Shown here in pieces: positions 8,343 through 17,051 of a DNA stretch of 64,000 nucleotides (the stretch's first letter is position 1; every line of letters begins with the position of its first letter). The stretch is from Chlamydiae bacterium RIFCSPLOWO2_12_FULL_45_20 (GTDB lineage: Bacteria > Chlamydiota > Chlamydiia > Chlamydiales > SM23-39). The notes under the pieces are model-generated. The model saw only the letters and a list, made by a program, of their open reading frames with translations, was not told where the DNA came from and did no database searches. Both the position numbers and the translations under genes were made by a program. Location: NCBI GenBank assembly GCA_001796285.1, contig MGMD01000024.1:4404-68403 (forward strand), written 5' to 3'.

Positions 8343-9221
8343 ATGTCGCGATTGGAGAAGGGTTTCACGTTCAACATGAAGATGAACTCATACCATGTGT
8401 GTTTGATCTTTTTTATTTCTGTTCTTTCAGCCACCGTCAATGAGCCCCCGCGAGTGGAATGGAGTGGCGGATATAGAAACGATCGCATCCATTGGCACCT
8501 TCAAGACCCAGCGCCTCCTTCCGCCTTGACTTACAGTGAACTCTATCGAAATATAGAGTATTGGGAAAATGGCCTAACTTTTTCAAGGATTTATCGAGAT
8601 CTCACCATCTATCTGCGCGGCACCTATGCCGTATTTGGCAAGGGGAGTGTTTTTCAAAACTTTCCTAGCGTGGCAACATTGCAGTATGCTACTTCTGGCT
8701 GGGCTGCTGATGTTGAGGGCTATTTTGGCTATGCAGTGGATTTGACAGAAGACCGAGTTTACAGTGTTATCTTGACCCCTTTAATTGGCTACTCTAGCTA
8801 TTTTGAAGAGATCAGCAACCGCTCAGGAGCCTCGCTTCCTGGAGCATTCCGGCTTGTTTGGAATGGATTCCTCTTTGGGGCAACCTTTGGGGTAGATCCA
8901 GGAGGTCCCTTGTCTTTTTGCCTACGCTACTCCTATCACTTAATGCACAATCGAATCCACACAGCGCTTTTGAACCCATTTTCTGAACGCCAATCTCTGA
9001 GAGAAAGTTCTGGGGGAAATTCTGGCCATACTGGAATGGTTCAAGTAGACTGGAGGCTTCATCAAGATTGGCGATTTGGAGCACAAAGTTTACTGCACTA
9101 CTTTTCCACTCGCGTTGTCGATGCAACTGTACGGCAATCTGGCAGGGGAAATTTTTCCCAAAAACTGAAACTCCGATGGACAGTCATCACAGCTGCTTTT
9201 GAAATTTCGAGGTATTTTTGA
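8343..9221 (+). CDS. Predicted outer-membrane beta-barrel protein
   Basis: Signal-like segment MKMNSYHVCLIFFISVLSA (possible start at 8376). Alternating aromatic/hydrophilic strands and a C-terminal ...FEISRYF ending in Phe. Confidence 0.6.
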   Translation: MSRLEKGFTFNMKMNSYHVCLIFFISVLSATVNEPPRVEWSGGYRNDRIHWHLQDPAPPSALTYSELYRNIEYWENGLTFSRIYRDLTIYLRGTYAVFGKGSVFQNFPSVATLQYATSGWAADVEGYFGYAVDLTEDRVYSVILTPLIGYSSYFEEISNRSGASLPGAFRLVWNGFLFGATFGVDPGGPLSFCLRYSYHLMHNRIHTALLNPFSERQSLRESSGGNSGHTGMVQVDWRLHQDWRFGAQSLLHYFSTRVVDATVRQSGRGNFSQKLKLRWTVITAAFEISRYF

Positions 9222-9949
9222 AACTCCCTCCTAAAGACCAAATGATTATTGGTGTCCAACCGATCAGAGAACTTCTCCGCCTTCATCCCCAAAGAATTCT
9301 CAGAGTTTATACGGGAGAGCACAAGCAATCGGAGCTTTTGAACAGCTTAGTAAAACACAATATTCCCATTACTTTTGTCAAGAAAGATCAATTGACTAAG
9401 ATGGCAGGAACAGAGTCTCATCAGATGCTGCTTGCACAAATCACCCCCCGCGACTACTTCACCGTGCAACGGTATCTGGAAAGGGCAAAAACTCCCTCAT
9501 TGCTTTTAATCATGGATCAAATTTTTGATCCTCAAAATTTTGGGGCCATCCTGCGATGCGCCGAGTGTTTTGGAGCTTCAGCTGTTCTTTGGTCCAAAAA
9601 CCGCGGCACAGAATTAACGCCCACTGCAGCCAAAGCAAGCAGTGGCGCCAGCGAATTGCTCCCCCTCATTCGAATCTCAAATTTGGCAACAGCGGTAGAT
9701 CAGCTCAAAACAGAGGGATTTGAGATCGTAGCCGCTCAAATGACCGATCAGGCAGAGTCTTCCTATGACTTTACTTTTGCCCCAAAAACTGCCTTGATCA
9801 TGGGATCAGAAGGGGAGGGGATTCAGCCCTTATTACAAAAGAAAGCCTGCCGCTCTATTTTTATTCCGATGGCTGGACATATCCGTTCTCTAAACGTCGC
9901 TCAAGCAACAGCTGTTTTGCTAGCCCTTTGGAATCGAGGGCCAAGGTAG
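9218..9949 (+). CDS. SpoU/TrmH-family rRNA 2'-O-methyltransferase (RlmB-like)
   Basis: Motifs DQIFDPQNFGAILRCAECFG, GSEGEGI and SLNVAQATAVLL. The start is either the TTG at 9218 or the ATG at 9242. Confidence 0.85.
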   Translation: MKLPPKDQMIIGVQPIRELLRLHPQRILRVYTGEHKQSELLNSLVKHNIPITFVKKDQLTKMAGTESHQMLLAQITPRDYFTVQRYLERAKTPSLLLIMDQIFDPQNFGAILRCAECFGASAVLWSKNRGTELTPTAAKASSGASELLPLIRISNLATAVDQLKTEGFEIVAAQMTDQAESSYDFTFAPKTALIMGSEGEGIQPLLQKKACRSIFIPMAGHIRSLNVAQATAVLLALWNRGPR

Positions 9950-10219
9950 AGACATGGTTGACTGTCCATGGACGTTCAAAAAGGCATCCACGTCTGTTTC
10001 TAAGGTCTTTCCCTTGCTAATGACTTCTTCTAATTCTTCCCAGCTGTTTGAAACGGAGGCTTGGTCGACCAGGCCTAGAAGCTCATTATAAAGCCTATCT
10101 TCTAAATCTACCATCCCGTCATTTACAGAAAGAGATAGGGCCTCCTGAATCGCTTTTAAGTTGTCAATGACATCTGACTTAGTATTGATAAACTGAAGTA
10201 ACTTTCCGTCTTTTTCCAT
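9920..10219 (-). CDS. Hypothetical small acidic protein
   Basis: 99 aa ORF directly downstream of the transporter on the same strand. Helical and acidic composition, no motif recognised. Its 3' end overlaps the rlmB-like 3' end by 30 nt. Confidence 0.45.
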   Translation of the reverse strand: MEKDGKLLQFINTKSDVIDNLKAIQEALSLSVNDGMVDLEDRLYNELLGLVDQASVSNSWEELEEVISKGKTLETDVDAFLNVHGQSTMSLPWPSIPKG

Positions 10220-10232
10220 CCGAATTTTATCT

Positions 10233-11315
10233 CTACAAAATATTCTGAACGATCTCAGCCCCTAATATGAAAAGAGCAAATAGCATTAAAAGTACAAGTA
10301 ACGGTTTTCCGCCTGGAAGTTGTGGAGGAGCTAAGGCGGAGTAGTTTTTCATGTAGCGGCCGATCCACGCAAGGAGCGGAGGCATAAGGCCGAATAGAAA
10401 GGCACAAAAGATTCCTCCTGCATATCCTAAAGAGACCAAGAAAATATGGGGGTAAGCGATGCTTATGATCATGGGAATGCCAAAAATAGCTGCTGTTAAA
10501 ACAGCCCGCTGAAGGCCCTTTTTTTCCCATTTGAGCCCATCTGCCATAAAATCAAAAAACGACAGAGCGAGAGGTATAAAAGAAGTAGTAAGGGCGAAAA
10601 AAGCAAAAAACTTGCCTATGTTAAAAACCTGGGGAATCAGTTGTTTCAGCGGTCCCACGGCATTTTGACCGAGCCTCTCAGCTTCAATGAGATCTTCCGT
10701 AGGGATGATTCCCAAGATGACAAGTTCCCAAAGTAAATAAATAATGAGGGGGATAGCAGATCCGAAAAAAATGGCAAGCCGTAATTTTTTTTGGAGAAGA
10801 TCCAAGTGAATCTTATCAGCAGCGAATCCAATGAATGCAAAATAAGAAACCACAACACCGCTTATTAAAAACAAATTTAGGCGGTCAACGCTTTTGGCGC
10901 CTAAATAAACCACAGGAGCTAGAACTATTGAATATATAAAGATTGCAAGCCCACTGGGTACATTCCAGCCTGTCACATCGAGGAGGACAGCACCGCCTCC
11001 GACCGCATGAGCGACCATTATCGTAAAGAAGAAGAAGAGATAGATGATCCAAAACATATAGCGTCCAATGGGGCCAAAAATATGCTCTGCCATTGAAATG
11101 AAGCTAGTATCTTTAGGCATCCAGAGACTCACTTCTAAAAGTAAAAGGCCGGTGCACAGCATAAAACCCCAAGAGATGAGATACATAGTCACAGAAGGGA
11201 GGAAGCCAGCAGAGCCTGTTGTAACGGGCAAAGCGAGCATGCCGACACCAATCATTGTGCCCGCAATGAGTAAAGTACCGCCAACTACGTGCCCCATTGA
11301 GTGGATTATTCGCAT
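10233..11315 (-). CDS. Aromatic amino acid permease, HAAAP family (TyrP/Mtr-like), unusually short
   Basis: GGTLLIAGTMIGVGMLALP at the N-terminus and KKLRLAIFFGSAIPLIIYLLWE in the middle. I count about 10 hydrophobic segments in 360 aa. Confidence 0.85.
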   Translation of the reverse strand: MRIIHSMGHVVGGTLLIAGTMIGVGMLALPVTTGSAGFLPSVTMYLISWGFMLCTGLLLLEVSLWMPKDTSFISMAEHIFGPIGRYMFWIIYLFFFFTIMVAHAVGGGAVLLDVTGWNVPSGLAIFIYSIVLAPVVYLGAKSVDRLNLFLISGVVVSYFAFIGFAADKIHLDLLQKKLRLAIFFGSAIPLIIYLLWELVILGIIPTEDLIEAERLGQNAVGPLKQLIPQVFNIGKFFAFFALTTSFIPLALSFFDFMADGLKWEKKGLQRAVLTAAIFGIPMIISIAYPHIFLVSLGYAGGIFCAFLFGLMPPLLAWIGRYMKNYSALAPPQLPGGKPLLVLLMLFALFILGAEIVQNIL

Positions 11316-11451
11316 TTTGCCTCTTTTTTATCTGGAAGTATAGGTTCTCAGTCTCTAAAAACATACTATAAAATCTTTGGTAGGTAAAAAATGCTGCTAG
11401 AAACAACATAACATGTATTATTAGACGTTTTAGGAAAGCGAGAATAACTAC

Positions 11452-12330
11452 TTAGAACTTCAATAGGACCGCAACGCCAACGTCTTTATCGGTAGAGGTT
11501 ACGTGCTCCTGGATCTGCAAGCCGTTGGGGACGAAGCCCCCAACAATCAGGCGATACTCATTAGTTCTTTCACGAACATGAGTATAACTGTAGCGGTTCC
11601 CGTTCTGCTCATTGCCTCCCGGATAAAGGCTGTCCCCTGTTGCTATTTTTTTAAGAAAAATGGTTGCGATAGTATCATGAAGACGAGGAACTTGCCAATC
11701 TACAATGGTTTTTTGGGCTAAAGAATGAACCAGCTGTACTTGTTGTAAATAAGTTGTATTCTGACTGTTTTCTAATACGTCGTTTGTGTGCAATACCCAA
11801 TGAGTAGACTCGAATGGGAGATTTGCGTGTTCTAAACGAACTGAATGGTCGAAATTTAGAAATGGGTTTATATCGCAGGATCTAACGATCCCTGCAAATT
11901 GATTGATGTTCTGAAGGCTTTCAGGAATCAGCATGAGGGTACATTTGTCTCCAACGGTATAAACAGTCCCATCCGGTTTCACTGTACTGCAGATTTGTTC
12001 TGGACATTGGCTATTGAGAATATTATGGATATCTCGAGGTAGCGGTGGAATTTTGTCCGGAAGTTTCTTGATCACTTTCAGAGCCTTATACCAAGTCGTT
12101 AGTGGTGGCGAAAGTAGGTGCTCAGCAGCTAGATCCCGTAATGAAGGAATCTTTTGATTGGAACGTTCCAAGACAGATGGGATTAAACACTCAATCATCA
12201 CCTTCTCCGGCACATCGAAGGTTTTTTGGGGCTCATCCCTATTTTCATTCATAGGTACCGTTAATCGATACAGTTGCTCTTCGGGGGTAATCCACTTAGT
12301 GGGCAATGCTACAGATGACATATTTACCAA
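11452..12330 (-). CDS. Hypothetical protein (orphan, AT-rich flanks)
   Basis: 292 aa ORF with no signal peptide or TM segment. No family recognised. Confidence 0.6.
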   Translation of the reverse strand: MVNMSSVALPTKWITPEEQLYRLTVPMNENRDEPQKTFDVPEKVMIECLIPSVLERSNQKIPSLRDLAAEHLLSPPLTTWYKALKVIKKLPDKIPPLPRDIHNILNSQCPEQICSTVKPDGTVYTVGDKCTLMLIPESLQNINQFAGIVRSCDINPFLNFDHSVRLEHANLPFESTHWVLHTNDVLENSQNTTYLQQVQLVHSLAQKTIVDWQVPRLHDTIATIFLKKIATGDSLYPGGNEQNGNRYSYTHVRERTNEYRLIVGGFVPNGLQIQEHVTSTDKDVGVAVLLKF

Positions 12331-12421
12331 ATAATTATAAACATAATAACTAAAACAACCATTTTATTGCAATACATGGCACACTTTTATAATATTTTTT
12401 TGAAATGCGGACTAGAGATTT

Positions 12422-13417
12422 TTACCAGTAGTTAAAGTTCTGGTCAGATGCATCTTCCTGCATACGTTCAGCTTCAGGCGTGTAGCAGTCGATCGACTCT
12501 TGCCCTGCTTTTTTTCGAACTGCATTGTAAGCTTGCATATCAGTTCCTATCACTTTCCCATTTTCGAAAATAACGGGCAGGTATTGAGGCTCTTTTTTTC
12601 GAAAGTTCACTTTATAAAACCAAACGATGTACATCTCATTTTCGACTAAAATGCTTTCCTGATTATCAGGAGATCCCAGTTTCCTAGTTACTTGCTCGGG
12701 ATTCATCCTTGTACGGACCTGCGCAAACTCCTTCCGGGTAATACCCAACGCTGTTTTGGCCGCAAGATAGGGCTTGATCAACTTTGGAGGAGATGACTGG
12801 GCCCCTTCCTCTAAGCCAGTGATACCATCAGACTCGCTAATAATATGAACATTCGGGGGTAATTTTTTCTCCGAAGGAGGGGCTTTTTCTTGAGCCGAAG
12901 ACGGGTTATGCTCTGGCATTACATCTTTAGAAGGAGAAGCCGGCTCACCCTTTCCTTCTACCGAAGTTTCTTTTCCTTTATTGGGGGCTTTTAATGCCTC
13001 TTCAAACGCTTCATCTTCAGCATCTTGAGAGGGGTGCTGAGGAGATTTAGGTTGTGTTTCTTCTAGCTCCATGGACTGCGTTTTCATCGCATAATAATAC
13101 CAGCTGTAACCTGTCCCGACTAAAATGCCATTTTTAAAAGTCAGCGGCGTTAAATTTTGAGCTACCATTCGAGTTTGATCAAGCCCTGTTGGCCATGTGA
13201 CGTAGAACCACACATCGTAGATATCGCCCTCTGCCTGAAAAGACTCATAGCTATAGGGCTTGTGCATGATTTGAAGGACTTGCGTTTCGCTCATTCCCTT
13301 GCGTACTTTCGCTAAATGGTATTGATTTGTCGTCGCTATGGATTCATAAGTTAATCCATTACTGGCAAGGCACCCTGTTAATAAAGCTGCCATGCAAACA
13401 CAACAAAAAGACTTCAT
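12422..13417 (-). CDS. Lipoprotein with two BamE/SmpA-OmlA-like repeats and a Pro/Glu/Ser-rich linker
   Basis: Lipobox LLTGC. There are two copies of a module, (K/R)GMSETQVLQIM...WFY...FKNGILVG and RMNPEQVTRKLG...WFY...FENGKVIG. Confidence 0.75.
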   Translation of the reverse strand: MKSFCCVCMAALLTGCLASNGLTYESIATTNQYHLAKVRKGMSETQVLQIMHKPYSYESFQAEGDIYDVWFYVTWPTGLDQTRMVAQNLTPLTFKNGILVGTGYSWYYYAMKTQSMELEETQPKSPQHPSQDAEDEAFEEALKAPNKGKETSVEGKGEPASPSKDVMPEHNPSSAQEKAPPSEKKLPPNVHIISESDGITGLEEGAQSSPPKLIKPYLAAKTALGITRKEFAQVRTRMNPEQVTRKLGSPDNQESILVENEMYIVWFYKVNFRKKEPQYLPVIFENGKVIGTDMQAYNAVRKKAGQESIDCYTPEAERMQEDASDQNFNYW

Positions 13418-13468
13418 GCCTATCCACCCTTGCTCACCTTCCAGAAATACTGTAAGTTCAGGGACAAG

Positions 13469-14410
13469 TCAAGAAGAAGAGTCATCCTCTTTTTCTTTAA
13501 ACCAAAAGCTCTTGCGCTTCTTCCTTTTGCGACGCATTTCAATCGCTTGTTTAATGAGGAACTGAAAGGGCGCGCCAGGAAGATAGGGACGCTCATCTAA
13601 TAAGCGTGGTTTTGGCTCCCCGCCCTTCTCAGAATTGCTGTGTAGACGATCTGTGAGCTGGATGTGCTCGTTTGGATGTCTTTTATTTTTAGCAACATCT
13701 GCCTCTGAAAAGAGCTTCTTTAGCCCTTCTTGAGCGCGATGCTCCGGCTGAGATGTCTTGTGCTCCAAAGGTCGCCCTAATTCCCAAGTGTTTTTTTGTA
13801 TCGTTTTCAAATCACTTGGATCGAGCTGCTGTTGAACAACATCTGGTAGAGTGCAGCGATCTGATTTCTCCCCTCGCTGAACCGTTTCAATGATTCGATC
13901 GAGCTGAGGTTTGAGCCTTTTCAAAGCCTCTTCAAGAGGCTCGGAGCAAGGCTGTGTTAAGTAAGCGGGCGCTGAGAGCTGAGAAATGGCCTTATGTACT
14001 TCACGAATCAGCCGTTCTGCCTGAGAAGCTAGCGGCCGCATCGAATCTTGTCTATTCACTATTTCAGTCCTCCCCTCCCCTTTCAGTTCCTCTGCCATGG
14101 CAATGGTTTTTTTATGGGACGCAGCAGGTCTTTCTTCGATCCTCTGGTGTATTTCTGCCTCTACTTTCTCAAGTTCCTTTGAAAGAGCCAGGATGGCGTG
14201 CCTCGTTGGCACAGACCCAAAACAGGTGCTGATCTGAGGATTACAAAACCGCTGGTTCAAAAAAAACGATGTAGACAATGCCTGCACGGTCAGCGGAGTT
14301 AATGCCTGAATCAGTTGAAAAAGAAGATCTTGTGCACGGAACCAATCGACTGGATTCATGGATAAAAACTTGGTTATTTTCATGATAAAGGACTGGCCTA
14401 TTGAAGACAA
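13469..14410 (-). CDS. Hypothetical protein, helical, with strongly basic C-terminal cluster
   Basis: 313 aa ORF lying 4 nt downstream of the 66-aa ORF. C-terminus ...EMRRKRKKRKSFWFKEKEDDSSS. No family recognised. Confidence 0.6.
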   Translation of the reverse strand: MSSIGQSFIMKITKFLSMNPVDWFRAQDLLFQLIQALTPLTVQALSTSFFLNQRFCNPQISTCFGSVPTRHAILALSKELEKVEAEIHQRIEERPAASHKKTIAMAEELKGEGRTEIVNRQDSMRPLASQAERLIREVHKAISQLSAPAYLTQPCSEPLEEALKRLKPQLDRIIETVQRGEKSDRCTLPDVVQQQLDPSDLKTIQKNTWELGRPLEHKTSQPEHRAQEGLKKLFSEADVAKNKRHPNEHIQLTDRLHSNSEKGGEPKPRLLDERPYLPGAPFQFLIKQAIEMRRKRKKRKSFWFKEKEDDSSS

Positions 14411-14414
14411 TTCG

Positions 14415-14615
14415 TTAATCCCAGCGACGAGACTTCTTTTTATTTTTAGCAGGCTGGCTGTATTTAAGCTGAAAGTCTACTTCAGCATCGTCAAACCACG
14501 CAACCAACGTCTTATATAAGTATTTGCCTTGCTGGATGACCCACTGGTCGCGATCTGAAGTCATTACCCAAATGTACGCTGCAAATAGAAGGACGGCCCA
14601 AAGCATCTTTCTCAT
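14415..14615 (-). CDS. Small single-TM protein
   Basis: 66 aa with an N-terminal TM helix (MLWAVLLFAAYIWVM) and a basic tail. First gene of a minus-strand three-gene string. Confidence 0.5.
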   Translation of the reverse strand: MRKMLWAVLLFAAYIWVMTSDRDQWVIQQGKYLYKTLVAWFDDAEVDFQLKYSQPAKNKKKSRRWD

Positions 14616-14682
14616 CCATTCGGAACTTATACCAAATGGATTTTATTTGCCTCTAAAATGGAGGATCGCTAGGGTATAAGAA

Positions 14683-15777
14683 ATGTTACTCACCAACCTT
14701 CAGCTAATCCGTCCCGTTTTCGAATCCACACAAGAAGAAACCCTACGCTGGCTCGTACATGCCCACGTCATGGCCGAAAAAAGCGAGGCATTTCGCAGCA
14801 CCATCGAAGAAAAACTTTGGCATGTAGGATGCAAGCCTGATCATATTCAAAAACGGGGGCATGTGCTTGCCGATTTTTTGCATACTGATTGGGAAAAAAT
14901 GACCATTTATACTCTTAACGAGACCCCCCAAGGAAAAAACCTCTCTGCAAGATCTGAAGTTTTCGAGGAAGAAGTGGATAAGGTTTTTGATCAGTTTTAT
15001 CCAACGGGCTCTTCTGCTCCCAATGACCTGATTCACGTCAGCTGTACAGGATATCTCTCACCCAATGGAGCGCAAAAAATTGTCTCTAAAAGAGGTTGGG
15101 GGGAAGAAACAACTGTGACTAACGCCTACCATATGGGTTGCTATGGTTCCATGCCAGCGATTCGAATGGGCATCGGGTTTTTAAAGAATCGAGAGGAGGT
15201 ATCGAAAGTTGACGTTGTTCATACTGAAATCTGTTCCCTACACTCCAACCCTTCTATGCACAAACTCGATCAGCTCGTTTCCCAATCCCTCTTTGCAGAT
15301 GGGTTTATCAAGTATTCGCTCGTACAAGACACGGACGCCCCCCATTTCAAGCTACTCGCACTCAAAGAAGAGATCATCCCAGACTCTTTAAACGCAATGT
15401 CTTGGAATGTCGCAGATTGGGGCTTTCAAATGTTTTTGGCTAAAGAAGTTCCTGTGCTCATTCGGCGCTACCTTCCCTCATATTTGAAGAGGCTTGCCAA
15501 AAGACTGGAGGATAAACCCCTTTTTGCAGTGCACCCAGGAGGCCCAAAAATCCTGACGCATATCCAAGAACTTCTCGAACTCTCTGATTCGCAGATGGCT
15601 TATAGTTTTCAGGTATTAAAAGAATATGGCAATATGTCTTCAGCGACCTTGCCCCACATTTGGGAAAAAATACTCGCTGATACCAATATTCCCAGTGGCA
15701 CTCAGGTTGTAAGTCTCGCCTTTGGTCCTGGTTTAAGCATCTCTGGATCTCTTATGGAAAAAATATGTGGATCTTAG
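14683..15777 (+). CDS. Type III polyketide synthase (chalcone/stilbene synthase superfamily)
   Basis: Catalytic triad contexts are HMGCYGS (Cys), FAVHPGGPKIL (His) and YGNMSSATL (Asn), plus AFGPGLS near the C-terminus. Confidence 0.9.
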   Translation: MLLTNLQLIRPVFESTQEETLRWLVHAHVMAEKSEAFRSTIEEKLWHVGCKPDHIQKRGHVLADFLHTDWEKMTIYTLNETPQGKNLSARSEVFEEEVDKVFDQFYPTGSSAPNDLIHVSCTGYLSPNGAQKIVSKRGWGEETTVTNAYHMGCYGSMPAIRMGIGFLKNREEVSKVDVVHTEICSLHSNPSMHKLDQLVSQSLFADGFIKYSLVQDTDAPHFKLLALKEEIIPDSLNAMSWNVADWGFQMFLAKEVPVLIRRYLPSYLKRLAKRLEDKPLFAVHPGGPKILTHIQELLELSDSQMAYSFQVLKEYGNMSSATLPHIWEKILADTNIPSGTQVVSLAFGPGLSISGSLMEKICGS

Positions 15778-16271
15778 CGATTTTGCCCTTTCTACTACAG
15801 GCCTTCTGCATGGTTTTTGACGAGGGGTATTTTCACATAAGACGAGGCCTTCCCAAATGGGAAAAAATAGGTCACCCCATCGACACTTTCAGCGTTCTTT
15901 CTTGTATGGCGTTTGTGCTCTTCGTCCCCTTCTCCCACTGTACCCTCACTCTTTATGTTGTCTTGGCCAGCTTTTCTTCCATTTTAGTGACAAAAGATGA
16001 GTTCGTCCACAAAAAGCACTGTCCAGCATCAGAAAACTGGCTGCATGCAGTCCTCTTTACTCTCCACCCCATCTCTTTAGCTTCTGCAGGATTTATGTGG
16101 CCCGTTGTACAGGGCACCGAGGTGAGCTCTTGGGTCGCTCGATGGCTCAATCGCCCGGAAGCTTTGCGCCTTTTTTTATATACGCAATTCAGCCTTATGA
16201 CGTTATTTCTCCTCTATCAGATCCTTTTTTGGAATGTAATATGGAAAGACAAACCCGTCCTCAAAGAATAG
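15765..16271 (+). CDS. Small polytopic membrane protein, His-rich, unknown family
   Basis: 168 aa with about 5 TM segments. Overlaps the PKS stop by 13 nt. Motifs FDEGYFH, KDEFVHKKH and WLHAVLFTLHP sit at helix ends. Confidence 0.65.
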   Translation: MWILAILPFLLQAFCMVFDEGYFHIRRGLPKWEKIGHPIDTFSVLSCMAFVLFVPFSHCTLTLYVVLASFSSILVTKDEFVHKKHCPASENWLHAVLFTLHPISLASAGFMWPVVQGTEVSSWVARWLNRPEALRLFLYTQFSLMTLFLLYQILFWNVIWKDKPVLKE

Positions 16272-17038
16272 ACCTCTTGCATAATCCCGAAAAGCGACAA
16301 AACCTGAATGATGCAAGAGGTTTAATAAATAACGATTTTTATGAAGATCTCGGTGATGACTGGTATGAGGCTGACGACCACCCCATCGCCCTTCTACGCG
16401 CTGAAAATGCTGTCCGTGTCCCTTGGATTATCCAAGAGATCGGTTCCCAAAAAAAAGTACTCGATGTGGGTTGCGGCGCAGGAATTTTAACGAATGCGCT
16501 AGCAAAAGCGGGCCATCACGTCTATGGCATCGATCTTTCCCCCAAAAGTTTGGAGGTCGCTAAACAAAGAGACTCAACAAAATCCGTTGAATATTTCCAA
16601 GCTAATGCCTATAAACTTCCTTTCGAAGAGCTCTCTTTTGATGTCGTGTGTGCAATGGATGTCCTAGAGCACGTCGAAGAGCCCCACCTTCTCATTCAAG
16701 AAGCGGCCCGGGTTTTGAAACCAAATGGCCTCTTCTTTTTTCACACCTTTAATAGAAATTTTCTAAGCTTTCTCATGATCATCAAAGGTGTGGAATGGTG
16801 CGTGCCCAATGCCCCAAAAAATATGCATGTCTATCCCCTCTTCATTAAGCCTTGCGAACTCAAAGGCCTCTTGCTGAAAGAAAGGCTTCAGTGGATGAAG
16901 ATGCAAGGCTTTCGTCCCAAAATCTTGAGCTGGTCTTTTGTGAAGATGCTGATGAGAAAAAAAATTCCCAAAAATTTTGGCTTTTGCTTTTCAAAAAGCC
17001 TGGCAACAGGATATTGTGGATACGCAAAGAAATTTTAG
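16241..17038 (+). CDS. Class I SAM-dependent methyltransferase (UbiG-like)
   Basis: VLDVGCGAGILTNALAKAGHHVYGIDLS, FDVVCAMDVLEHVEEP and LKPNGLFFF. I prefer the ATG at 16241 (MERQTRP). The track N-terminal extension from 16097 overlaps the membrane ORF. Confidence 0.88.
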   Translation: MERQTRPQRIDLLHNPEKRQNLNDARGLINNDFYEDLGDDWYEADDHPIALLRAENAVRVPWIIQEIGSQKKVLDVGCGAGILTNALAKAGHHVYGIDLSPKSLEVAKQRDSTKSVEYFQANAYKLPFEELSFDVVCAMDVLEHVEEPHLLIQEAARVLKPNGLFFFHTFNRNFLSFLMIIKGVEWCVPNAPKNMHVYPLFIKPCELKGLLLKERLQWMKMQGFRPKILSWSFVKMLMRKKIPKNFGFCFSKSLATGYCGYAKKF

Positions 17039-17051
17039 CAAGGGAACGGTT

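Noticed and set aside
16097-16240. N-terminal extension of the methyltransferase ORF in the track.
   Set aside because: It overlaps the preceding membrane ORF in another frame and is not family-like. The ATG at 16241 begins the conserved region.
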